Shown piece after piece: positions 10,701-17,339 of a stretch of DNA of 64,000 nt. Below the pieces are notes generated by a model. It was not told where the DNA came from and did not search any database. It saw only the letters and a program-made list of their open reading frames with translations. This DNA comes from Candidatus Omnitrophota bacterium (GTDB lineage: Bacteria > Omnitrophota > Gorgyraeia > Tantalellales > Tantalellaceae): contig JADHWG010000002.1 in the NCBI GenBank assembly GCA_016783605.1, positions 107 through 64,106 on the forward strand, read 5' to 3'. Position numbers and translations under genes: made by a program. Position 1 is the stretch's first letter. Each line of letters opens with the position of its first letter.

Positions 10701-12503
10701 ATGATTTTAGCTTTTTGCAGAATAAATACGATAGAAGATGTATCTTTTCAGGAAAAGCCTGTCGTCAAAAAAATACGGATGGTAAATAACGTACTTTTGG
10801 GTGTTAACATTGGTATGGGTATAATGAAGGCGGCGAGGGGCGGCGGTTTTACCGCCGGAGTATCTCTTTTTTGTATATCAACGCTTTTGCTTGTGATTTC
10901 ACTTTTGATGTTGAAAGAGAAATTTGTGGACGCGCCTTTGGCTGGCAAACTCAACAAGGCTCAAGCTCGACGTTGGAATGCTATCGAATACTCCCGCGTA
11001 AAAACACCGATCAAAGTTCAATTTTGGAAGGTTTTTGAGGGAGCGAAAAAATGGATTCGTTCCGTTAAAAAGCGTTTTGACGTGTTTATTATGACATTAT
11101 TTGGAGTTGTGTTGAGTGCGGCTATTGCCAGTGCTAAATCTGGAGAAACTTTTGCTGAAGCATGGACATTCGCGGAAATAATAGTAGGAATTATTGGAGG
11201 ATTCGCTATAGCGGGAACGTTTCTTATATTGTTGGCTGTAAATTACATTATTAGACGCAACTATGAGGAAAGAGTAAAAGAAACTGAATTTAAAGTTGCG
11301 CTTGGATTGTCGGAGAAAATGTATGCGGACATCGTTAGAAATGGTCATAAGAATTTATTGAAAGAAATAACAAGCGATGTTGAAATAATACATCTTGAAG
11401 AAAGCGTTAGCCGGGAAGTCATGCAGGAAGAATTTAATGAAAAGACGAGGGGTCGAAGAGTTGTAGGTGCGATCGTGGATCCGACCGTGCTTGAAGTAAT
11501 TAACGGCATTGATGGAAACGACAATTCGCATAGCAGAAATCTTGATAAAAGTATGCGAATAATAGAAGATTTCATCAAAACCGCGAAAAAAGAGATCACG
11601 CCCCTTATGGCGCCGAAAGCCGGGTTTTTTAAACTGAAAGGGCTCACACAAAAGGCGATCAAGGAAGATTTTGATAAATTAGAAAAATTAACTAAAAAGA
11701 AAACAAAAGAGTGGGATGGCAAAATACAAGTGTTAGTCAGAACTTTGCCAGCGGAGAGTCTCCAGCTTGTGGATAAAGGTGCGTATCATGTTCCGGTGAA
11801 TAAGTGGCATAGAGCGGTTGTTGGGGAAAATAGAGTGAGTATAGACGCGAAACGTTTAGCTAAGGGAGGAGGAGGTCTAATTGTAGGTTCTAATCGCAAA
11901 TACATAAGTGTGTCAGCGTATGATCTCGCGGATTTGAGGTTTATCGCGAACGCGATCAAAGATTTAGGTGTTGATAAAGAAAAAGCGTCTCAGTTTATTC
12001 ACGTGAGACTGCGCAACAATAACGTGCGGACACGGGAAGATCTGCAAAAGTATATGGAAAAAACCGGACTAAGCGGATATCTTTATCCGAAAAATGTGGA
12101 TATTGTTTCCGAGCAGGAAGAAAAAGATATGACGCTTGAGAAAATTCTTTTTAAGGTGAAACATATGTTCTCCGGAGCGATGATTTCTGTTAGCAATGAT
12201 CAAATTTTTGTCGGCAATACGAGAGACTTGAATCTTTCTTCTGCGGATAAAATTACGCTAAGCCGCGAAAAAGCGCCAAAATTCGTTCAGATGAGAGGAG
12301 AGGGAATTGTCTCTCAGCTTCTTCTCGCTCTGGTTGAGTTTAGCGCCCGGGAAAAAATACCGGCGAGTTTGGGAAAAATAACGCTTGATCCGAATAAAAC
12401 GGGGCTTAAGATATACATATATGTTCCGAAAATAAAAAAAGCGGATTATGACGCGATACTTGACGTTATAAAGAATTATGAGAAGATGATGATGAGTGTT
12501 TAA
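1746..12503 (+). CDS. Giant modular membrane/secreted protein 1 (3585 aa): signal peptide, conserved N-domain, multi-TM blocks, CBM-like, GH5-like, PKD, conserved C-domain
   Basis: Uninterrupted ORF with RBS AGGAGG; QQIAWA-QGG cleavage site; GH motifs ALNEP, IHVY, FGE; PKD FSWDFDD...THTYDEPGVYLVTLTVTD; paralogous to 43636-59250 at both ends. Confidence 0.9.
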   Translation: MGNFRGKFYVKAIAAVVAAIFLHQQIAWAQGGAAPAAMPPAARVSENVGAGQVGTDVCDIDLPYNLAHRDEVYTGAREEKIIHLQDAHASLSAQYSLVNLLDVLAKNYDLEFIALEGTEGVIDTSLLKSFPDKDIREKTADLLMREGRMSAGEFFQITRDEKNIMLCGVEDNELYKENLDGFCQVIEQREPLVKMVKAFRGQIDALEEKVYSDELRTFIYRGRAHKNGTLNFSDYWREMSPFLEKFGIETGTLRDMPLLTQSIELERKIDFEKANTERGDLISDLTGRLEKDELKALVLESVNFKEQKVSPANFHKYLEELARENNISLSAYKNFSMFTEYISLYESVDIFNLYSEVESLEKTIRGKLYRNEDERELNKISVMTELLRGLYSIELSSRDFGFFEETREKYDAKKFAAFIKDKCAKHKVTIEKGYDLAEMLGGINSAANFYETAAKRDRLMIQNTLKRMKSEKKRVAALITGGYHTKGLTEIMKENKLSYLIISPKFEKDEERPYVAVLTGKKKPYEELLESGKYQIMAAAWNNPNDTPESQISKTEEIVALTRAINDMTQEDWENNGEEWKGSFCPGSSVEIFNEDKFKELIETVEGREIDGAVVTGYKGGEPRVALKLNEKSEIQRVEITEKHKRIWEKRTGNIMLHVNQVFSMTKLKTESDIAESVGNKIDNPTIDTEWQKRNMIIHPALVISEENINNTIDRMRPTVIGVGQDENAEQKRITEEIKRVLKIKGINEAELKDKIVKKFINAAMEELKRRNESNQTPNQDEPFVLTLEKIEKICQSLRDEADSSSVGQNPDDLRKKVERAFMEMGATEAFLKSGAVEKQIQLLMKMIEKKDEKSNPNEANSIFAKLVSKDEAYWNNVEEDIKGYQKEYNTTYVKTSKPSIFEQSELEQTEIDLVRVVKKEEKLGLVDNSLVDFFKKLKDMESDNVSTEAPDQVKTPPAEFEIKDHEIGSRAYPKSTKFVTNEPTQTQEDPIESKDIKKSFMEKIEAQLVRMTFTATIFTALMLIILRGVTHNRAKKEEEYAPLVVQKKESDEKSVDEADAVTVKKDNFIKSIPGKIVKFIKDKANLVIRHKNLIIMMFVSIGSIAAIANAESFGFVQTIERVSSTPLFATSTFGMVELMMVVGAVALTVWVFLSLGKGEIGAERRLPIIEILRKETCKLDIIVAGVFAYQTIIQYMADGAFTKGVFLFAIATAALIFSVWTFIKDGLLVKTAGVENRETKMIEGDLKSGAVVMTVTKKVEDVPVAEVTSRKKLLFVQSKNWLKSKFALAKKYKDLISALFVSSIIGLVSISQAYDGSIGLSPSSIMAMAVLSGCTIGALVFLIRSLDKTKKISDKKNASVEIPKIRNFKELKGYAGISIVTSAMTLLIGYFHKPLWQICLDLPMKHEILGSITVGAGLLTSAVVAGIAIWFTWITLDAAIPMGLKKAGSFVKGIFRFVKTYFSVFIGTVFAGTLWSTVARAVNNSANVVSIFDVTQGTKFSVIIRSIPRNVIVPFAIVMMTVITAVWIFSAIVKAVRLYRAQERGKVSEEEVGEIKKKQNRFNIQVFSNMALILISFFAANNVSLTMEYALVIIPFAILGLCVYSIYSAIHFVCKLVQDYRKPLTEQKKSERKNKKRSSKGEVKISLLTGMVFMFIVLAIGCITPKVNTKSVLDKSVAKTKMAETVGTQKMDDSKKMVPRTETEPKKKEIKICGNTPNVHDAACDVIILNPSYGAVQDEWPDEIYFDYWGDITGYEVEIIFTELGKRENTRIEIFLKNKKYINMSSGAVTPDKDGVVRWNPAAVEGWLFRKSMAKAKAKFIKNNAAISIKFRGMDAEEGEDHIEEIRFVRKEVNKSKGVSRSKLFTWAPIIALTSFITGSGIFNTALAGAAGLGWMNEIEAIAVSSPWGGLSLMCLLFGAMLAGAGAIAYIFTNLLNLFSSEMEGKTLLKVSLIWMVSTGAILGLLAKIGSIAIWVNRFFVGDMLMSSGLTTIGMSTLLIALFGTAMISAGLVMKGTHDVYFQNKKRAEVIFSSLGSAAGSGVLYVLARNWRLIGNALEVLVVGGPANIVFAVVITVGGSIGTVLFAVATLVAISKTWFKLGELSAERKRSGTALFTVIMLIFGIMFCWVPGVGASGEKPEDLPAVKYTEPRTPGNYVEPRVPGIYVEPRTPGTFSAAPDSVTPRTDVGTDEEIIPLTGWYPETYDDSQGIVDVYCGEDGILKIVADMRGQDDYRRQGEVYRNLDEATDFTGKKESFKVRVPEKYALNQENGVVPYMMDVNGNKQYADRVKITRAGEWVTVEMVPMPYGRTRLKGNAGRFKWTDPGFDPSLGITRVGIKFVIDEKSTDTFISENPDGTVKDGYIEVADIRIVPMEGVVHEAEWQNVYRDEPIVVPAVDAGTFVANSGVSLYLKTYERAIGTPDGVTAHYEETLNEFKKLASRGVKKARILLCIGSKNTSGIEFDDNDMPIGFKDFEGEDLSGEELAILDFANLIRIGTETDIEMALVLHNKDITEAHPGVFGDEEKRAALVALDKILLDGAKEMLEEDVWEYFEYGEALNEPDDAGTHSWYTQEFVKAENKMIRDDIGKPVTLGPAKREHIGNWLLSDSEMLKPGDMFQIHVYNDNLDELLAELRRNIGEFEWPEGVTICFGEAQGNIGSDSVISEAFPAAHRSGAKRIYFWRDNRLSPKYTVDEDEYQSTAQYMMSADYDTDVPDEVDDTELPIARAAVSDQTVDEGVEIIFNAGESTDEGGEIETFSWDFDDYDGIQEDAGTVTATHTYDEPGVYLVTLTVTDTAGNSGTDTLTITVNEAVVDDDTDVTNETDVDVTDETDEGVTDETDGDVTDKADDTDTNKDDVDKPGSTLDTSDGGCYIGTAWFNDKSDKSKDMKRENTPGAEVLAREGVGNTLFDKVINWWEGLKTSVKKHFNLVVMIMFGGALFSTIARAGEPGAFGEVTKQLFAVSTFGKVELAVASLSAAVAIVTMILAFCRINTIEDVSFQEKPVVKKIRMVNNVLLGVNIGMGIMKAARGGGFTAGVSLFCISTLLLVISLLMLKEKFVDAPLAGKLNKAQARRWNAIEYSRVKTPIKVQFWKVFEGAKKWIRSVKKRFDVFIMTLFGVVLSAAIASAKSGETFAEAWTFAEIIVGIIGGFAIAGTFLILLAVNYIIRRNYEERVKETEFKVALGLSEKMYADIVRNGHKNLLKEITSDVEIIHLEESVSREVMQEEFNEKTRGRRVVGAIVDPTVLEVINGIDGNDNSHSRNLDKSMRIIEDFIKTAKKEITPLMAPKAGFFKLKGLTQKAIKEDFDKLEKLTKKKTKEWDGKIQVLVRTLPAESLQLVDKGAYHVPVNKWHRAVVGENRVSIDAKRLAKGGGGLIVGSNRKYISVSAYDLADLRFIANAIKDLGVDKEKASQFIHVRLRNNNVRTREDLQKYMEKTGLSGYLYPKNVDIVSEQEEKDMTLEKILFKVKHMFSGAMISVSNDQIFVGNTRDLNLSSADKITLSREKAPKFVQMRGEGIVSQLLLALVEFSAREKIPASLGKITLDPNKTGLKIYIYVPKIKKADYDAILDVIKNYEKMMMSV
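8190..8270 (+). repeat. Three coding 27-bp tandem repeats (YxEPRxPGx)
   Basis: YTEPRTPGN-YVEPRVPGI-YVEPRTPGT. Confidence 0.8.
10195..10290 (+). repeat. Coding 24-bp acidic tandem repeats (DETDxDVT) after the PKD domain
   Basis: NETDVDVT-DETDEGVT-DETDGDVT. Confidence 0.8.
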
Positions 12504-12571
12504 TCGTTGGTTCGTTGATCGTTGTTTCGTTGTCTCGTTGATAGTTGTCTCGTTGATTGTTGATCGTTGAT
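12504..12571. repeat. Degenerate heptamer tandem array (TCGTTGN) directly after the giant gene 1 stop
   Basis: tcgttgg ttcgttga tcgttgt ttcgttgt ctcgttga tagttgt... Confidence 0.7.
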
Positions 12572-12705
12572 GAGTGTTTAATGTTTGGGTGTTGACCATC
12601 AACCTCGTAGGTGTGATAATTCATACCAATTAATTGTACATTTGTAGTTATGAAATGTATGTTTCTATGGGAATATGGGGGCACATGCAATGTGCCCGCG
12701 TATCC

Positions 12706-12734
12706 TTGACAAGGTTCATCATATATGATACACT
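12706..12734 (+). promoter_or_regulatory. Putative sigma70 promoter of the RelBE-like operon
   Basis: TTGACA-17 bp-TACACT with extended -10 TG. Confidence 0.6.
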
Positions 12735-12753
12735 TTATTCAGAGGTGAAAACT

Positions 12754-12984
12754 ATGCCTACAAAAAAACCACGAATAAATGTAGTGCTTGAACCAAGATT
12801 GTACAAAATCTTGGTAAGAGTGGCACATGGAGAAGGGATTTCTGTATCTTTGGCGGCAAGAGATTTGATAAAGGATGCTGTTGAACTTTACGAAGATAGG
12901 TACTGGGCAAAAGTCGCTGAGGAAAGAGAGAAAACTTTTTCTGACAAGAAGGCTTTAACCCATAAGGAAGTTTGGGATCAGTGA
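12754..12984 (+). CDS. Type II antitoxin, RHH/CopG-like
   Basis: MPTKKPRINVVL...ELYED...LTHKEVW; RBS GAGGTG; GTGA overlap with the toxin gene. Confidence 0.8.
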   Translation: MPTKKPRINVVLEPRLYKILVRVAHGEGISVSLAARDLIKDAVELYEDRYWAKVAEEREKTFSDKKALTHKEVWDQ

Positions 12985-13286
12985 AATACACTGTATTTTA
13001 TCACCAGGATGTAAAACAGAAAGATCTTTCGTCTATCCCGGAAAATTTAAAGCAAAGAATTCGTAGGGCTATAGAAGAAAAATTAATGTTGGATCCTGAA
13101 AACTACGGTACTCCTCTAAGGAAAGGTTTACATGGGTACCGAAAATTGCGAGTAGGAGATTATCGGGTTATTTACAGCATTCGGAAAAGTAGTGCTAAGA
13201 TTAAAATTTTCAAAATTGGACACAGAAAAGAAGTATATAAGAATGCGCATACACGTGTAAAAGAAGTGTCTTACCTAACAAAATGA
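12981..13286 (+). CDS. relE: RelE/ParE family toxin
   Basis: YGTPLRKGLHGYRKLRVGDYRVIY...IGHRKEVY. Confidence 0.9.
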   Translation: MKYTVFYHQDVKQKDLSSIPENLKQRIRRAIEEKLMLDPENYGTPLRKGLHGYRKLRVGDYRVIYSIRKSSAKIKIFKIGHRKEVYKNAHTRVKEVSYLTK

Positions 13287-13359
13287 AACTTCATCTCCAA
13301 AAATCCCACCTCGTAGGTGGAAAAATTTCACCTACGAGGTGGGATTTTTGGCGCAAGAA

Positions 13360-13488
13360 GGGACTGTCGCAAAATACCCCAAAATGTCATCCTCGCGAAA
13401 GCGGGGATCTATAAGTCTAAGAAACACTATATGTTACAGATCCCCGCGTTCGCGAGGATGACAGAAAAAGGTATTTTGCGACAGACCC
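13360..13488. mobile_element. MITE family A copy with 5-bp direct repeat AAGAA
   Basis: Ends GGGACTGTCGCAAAA / TTTTGCGACAGACCC; AAGAA on both sides. Confidence 0.8.
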
Positions 13489-13552
13489 AAGAAGAGAAAA
13501 ATTCCGTAGTATTTTTTTTTAAGTGAGAGGAATATGCTATAATTAACAAATT

Positions 13553-14443
13553 ATGAAAAAATTTGGATTTGTATCTATATCAGGGCGGCCCAATGTGGGG
13601 AAATCGACCATATTGAACGGGCTTTTGGAGGAAAAAGTCGCGATCGTGAGCCCAAGACCGGAGACGACGCGCGACAATATACGCGGGATTCTTACGCGTA
13701 AGGATTGTCAGTGTGTGTTTATTGATACTCCGGGGATCCATCGGCCGCACGACCTTTTGGGAAAAATAATGCTTTCCCGCGCTCAATCTTCACTTATGGA
13801 GACGGATATTGTGCTTTTTGTTACCGAAAAGCATCAAGCTTTCGGAAAGGAAGACCAGCATATACGCGGGCGTTTGTCCTCCCCTGAAAGCGGGAAAAAG
13901 GTTATTTTGGTGATCAACAAAGTGGATAGGGTGAAGAATAAAAAGCTTCTCCTTCCGCTTATGCAAAAGGCGCGTGATTTTTATCCTTTTGACGCGGTCG
14001 TGCCTATTTGCGCGCTTAAAGGCGAAGATCTGCAAACGCTTCTTAAGGTGATAGAGACGTATCTTCCCGAGGGGCCTTTTCATTATGAGGATGAAGATCT
14101 GACCGATAAAAGTATGGAGTTTATGATACGCGAAATTATTAGAGAAAAAATATTGGGCGGGACATACGAAGAAATCCCGCATTCAATAGCGGTTATGGTC
14201 GATGAGATCAAGGAAGAAAAAGGGAAGATAAATGTTTATGCCACGATCTTTGTGGAAAGAACATCGCAAAAATCGATCATTATAGGATCCGGCGGCGCGA
14301 TGATCAAAAAGATCAAAACCGCCGCGCGCAAAGATATAAAAAAACTTTTTTCGAAAAAAGTGACTCTCAATTTATGGGTGAAAGTTTCTGATAAATGGAA
14401 AAGAAATCCCGCGGCGCTTAGAGAATTGGGATATGTTGATTAA
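13553..14443 (+). CDS. era: GTPase Era
   Basis: GRPNVGKST, DTPG, NKVD, and KH domain EEIPHS...SQKSIIIG. Confidence 0.97.
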   Translation: MKKFGFVSISGRPNVGKSTILNGLLEEKVAIVSPRPETTRDNIRGILTRKDCQCVFIDTPGIHRPHDLLGKIMLSRAQSSLMETDIVLFVTEKHQAFGKEDQHIRGRLSSPESGKKVILVINKVDRVKNKKLLLPLMQKARDFYPFDAVVPICALKGEDLQTLLKVIETYLPEGPFHYEDEDLTDKSMEFMIREIIREKILGGTYEEIPHSIAVMVDEIKEEKGKINVYATIFVERTSQKSIIIGSGGAMIKKIKTAARKDIKKLFSKKVTLNLWVKVSDKWKRNPAALRELGYVD

Positions 14444-14448
14444 TGGTC

Positions 14449-14707
14449 GCTGTTTCACCAGAGTAGGTGGAAAAGAGCTCCACCTACTCTGGTGAAACAG
14501 CTTTAGTTGCATGTTACAGGTTGCACGTCACACGCTTTCCCGCCGAAAGCGGGTTCGTCTTCGGCGGGAAAGCTGTAACCTGTAGCTTGTAGCGTGTAAC
14601 AGCTAACATAACCGCTGTTCCACCTCGTAGGTGGAACAGAGCTCCACCTACGAGGTGAAACAGCTGACATAACCGATTGTTCCATTGTTCCACCTACGAG
14701 GTGGAAA
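14449..14707. repeat. Composite repeat: CCACCTACGAGGTGG hairpins around a heptamer-flanked CCCGCCGAA..TTCGGCGGG element
   Basis: Element at 14497-14605 recurs at 16160-16266 and 40025-40140. Confidence 0.75.
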
Positions 14708-14790
14708 AGATGTTGGAAATTTGGGTTTTAAACGTATAATAAGAGTGGGAATTGGGCGTGAGAGTGGAATAATAAACAAGTTGGTAGATC

Positions 14791-16158
14791 ATGAAACATT
14801 GGGAAGAAAAAAATAGGGAAATTCAGGTTTTCGAGGAAAGGGTCGCTCGGGTTAAGGATCTTTTGGAGAAGGGGCTGGATAAGGAGTTGGCGTTATTTTT
14901 GGCAAAAATAGAGCCTGAAGACGTTGCTGAAATATTTGCTGATTTTTCCGTTGAGGAGAAGCTTAGGATATTTAATTCTCTCAGTTCCGAAAGCGCCGCG
15001 GTTGTGCTTGATGATACGGATCCTCAAACTCGATTGCAGCTGCTTCAAAAAATAGACGCTAATAAATTAGCAAAAGTTTTGGAAGAGATGCCTGTGGACG
15101 AGGCGGCTGATGTTGTCGAGGAAGTCCCGGTTGAAAACAGAGTTGATATACTTGACTTGATGGAAGAAAAGGATGCTGAAGAAGTTGAAGAAATTCTTAG
15201 CTATCCTCCGGAAAGCGCCGCGCGTGTTATGAATCCCGAATTTATTTTCGTCAAAGAAAATAATGATGTGGAAGATGCTATAAAACATATACGAGAGCAG
15301 GAAGTGGATGAGGATATATTCTACGTATATGTGGTGGATGAGAAACAGAAACTTCGCGGCGTAGTGCCTATCCGTAAGTTTCTTACGTCTCCTGAGGGGA
15401 CTGTGATCAAAGATATTATGGAAAGGGACCCGCACTCCATTCCCGCTCGTGAAGATCAGGAAAAAGCGGCTCTCATCATGAAAAAATATGACTTATTTTC
15501 TTTACCGGTAGTGGACGATAGCGGAAGTTTGGTTGGCAGGATAACTGCCGACGACATTATTGATGTTATGGACGAGGAGCATGCCGAAGACATTAGCAGA
15601 ATGACGGGTACGATAGAGGAAGAGCAAGGTACGGAAACAACTTTGCAGGCGGCTCAGAACCGGCTTCCGTGGCTTATAGCGTGTATGCTCGGGAGCATTG
15701 TTACGGGGCTTGTGATACAGTTTTATGAAGTCACGCTTGCCGAAACTATCGCGCTGGTTTCTTTTATTCCGGTTATTACGGCCACCGGCGGGAACAGCGG
15801 AGTGCAAGCTTCGACTGTTGTTGTTCGAGGAATAGCGTTGGGGCATATGTCTTATCTGCATGTTGCCAGTGAAGTGTGGCGGCAGTTTAAGATCGCTTTG
15901 GGGTTGGGAATTGTTTGCGGCGGTGTTCTTACGGGTCTGGCGAATATATGGATGAAAAACAGCAAGGTCGGCATTATTGTCGGGCTTTCCATTTTTGTGG
16001 TTGTGGTATGGTCGAACTTTGTTGGTGTGGTGACTCCTATGATATTCAAAAGGTTGCGTATAGATCCGGCCATAGCGTCGGGACCGTTCATAACCACTTT
16101 GAATGATGTGATTGGAGTTGCCATTTATCTCGGAATCGCGACGTTGTTTTTGGCATGA
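14791..16158 (+). CDS. mgtE: Magnesium transporter MgtE
   Basis: N-domain, CBS pair, RLPWL, GGNSG, DPAIASGPFITTLND. Confidence 0.95.
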   Translation: MKHWEEKNREIQVFEERVARVKDLLEKGLDKELALFLAKIEPEDVAEIFADFSVEEKLRIFNSLSSESAAVVLDDTDPQTRLQLLQKIDANKLAKVLEEMPVDEAADVVEEVPVENRVDILDLMEEKDAEEVEEILSYPPESAARVMNPEFIFVKENNDVEDAIKHIREQEVDEDIFYVYVVDEKQKLRGVVPIRKFLTSPEGTVIKDIMERDPHSIPAREDQEKAALIMKKYDLFSLPVVDDSGSLVGRITADDIIDVMDEEHAEDISRMTGTIEEEQGTETTLQAAQNRLPWLIACMLGSIVTGLVIQFYEVTLAETIALVSFIPVITATGGNSGVQASTVVVRGIALGHMSYLHVASEVWRQFKIALGLGIVCGGVLTGLANIWMKNSKVGIIVGLSIFVVVVWSNFVGVVTPMIFKRLRIDPAIASGPFITTLNDVIGVAIYLGIATLFLA

Positions 16159-16159
16159 T

Positions 16160-16266
16160 ACAGCTTTAGTTGCATGTTACAGGTTGCACGTTACACGTTT
16201 TCCCGCCGAAGGCGGGTCCGCCTTCGGCGGAAAACCTGAAACCTGAAACCTGTAACGTGGAACAGC
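16160..16266. repeat. Heptamer-flanked GC hairpin element, direct copy of 14497-14605
   Basis: Shared acagctttagttgcatgttacaggttgcacg...cccgccgaaggcggg. Confidence 0.75.
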
Positions 16267-16346
16267 TTGAATGGTTAATTGAAAGCGTTGGAATTTTGTG
16301 ATATACTCGGGGTTCCGGGGCGCGCGGAGTTAAAGCGGAGGTGAAA

Positions 16347-16547
16347 ATGGGAAAGATATTGAGTCTTATGGTTGGAACGATAGTTGTGATAGGAGGGGTT
16401 ATACTGCTTATTAACTGGTGGGGTGACCTTATTTATCTTTTGAAGGGATGTATTCCGATCTTGCTCATAATCGGCGGCGGGATCTCGATTTTGGCCGGGA
16501 TAAGTGAGATTAAAGATACAAAAAAAATAAAGCCGGCATCCAAATAA
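16347..16547 (+). CDS. Small two-TM membrane protein
   Basis: RBS GGAGGTG; two hydrophobic helices and a basic tail. Confidence 0.75.
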   Translation: MGKILSLMVGTIVVIGGVILLINWWGDLIYLLKGCIPILLIIGGGISILAGISEIKDTKKIKPASK

Positions 16548-16700
16548 AAAAAACGCCGCCAGTGTATAATGTATGGAAAGGGGCAAGGGAGAAAAGTCGT
16601 TATTTGGATCTTTGGGCGTAATTTTCTTCTTTGCCCTTTTGTTTATTCGCGAGGATGACAGAAAAAGGTGTTTTGCGACAGACCCTAAGAAGGTTTTATT

Positions 16701-17255
16701 ATGATATATTTTTGCGGGATAATATTAGTTATCGGTCTCTTTTTTCAAGGATGTTCAACCAACACGGCTCAAGAGGAAAAAAAGATCTTGGCGCATGACG
16801 CTTCTTTTCAGAAACTTTTGAATAAGCGCGATTCTCTTCAAAATGAAGCGAATCAGAAGGCTGAACTTTTTCGTAAAAAGGGGAAAGATATAGATAATAA
16901 GATCAAAATTATGCAAAAAGAAAAAGTGCGGCTGAAGAAAGAATATTTGTCGGTGGAAGAGAAGATCATGAGGCAGCTTCAACCGGAAAAGAGAGCCTTG
17001 CAAAAAACTCTTAGGGAACTAACCTATCAATACAAACAAAAGGCGGATGCCGTTCGGAGTATTGACGGAGATATTAACGAGATCAACACGCTGATAAAAA
17101 AGAAAGAGAGTTTGTCTTTGACGCAGGAAGAGATGCGGATCTGGAATGAACGATTGGCCGCTCTCATAGAAAAAAAAGAAACGGTAATTACGGAAAAAAA
17201 CAAGGTAAAGAAGGAAATAGAAATAACGAAGTTAAAGATCAAGGTTTTTAGGTAG
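16701..17255 (+). CDS. Putative coiled-coil lipoprotein
   Basis: Hydrophobic N-terminus ending FQG-C; Lys/Glu-rich heptad body. Confidence 0.65.
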   Translation: MIYFCGIILVIGLFFQGCSTNTAQEEKKILAHDASFQKLLNKRDSLQNEANQKAELFRKKGKDIDNKIKIMQKEKVRLKKEYLSVEEKIMRQLQPEKRALQKTLRELTYQYKQKADAVRSIDGDINEINTLIKKKESLSLTQEEMRIWNERLAALIEKKETVITEKNKVKKEIEITKLKIKVFR

Positions 17256-17322
17256 GGGCGCGGTTTCCGCGCCCTTTATCATTTTTATACCATCAGGGCG
17301 GGGAGACCCCGCGCCCCTACGA
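17252..17322. repeat. GTAG-type REP pair (REPIN-like); its TAG is the stop codon of the upstream gene
   Basis: GTAGGGGCGCGG...CCGCGCCCCTACG. Confidence 0.7.
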
Positions 17323-17339
17323 ATATTAAGGAGAAAAAG

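Noticed and set aside
12601-13344. RelBE flanked by hairpin cores as an integron cassette
   Set aside because: No attC RYYYAAC/GTTRRRY structure and no integrase; the same core occurs beside housekeeping genes
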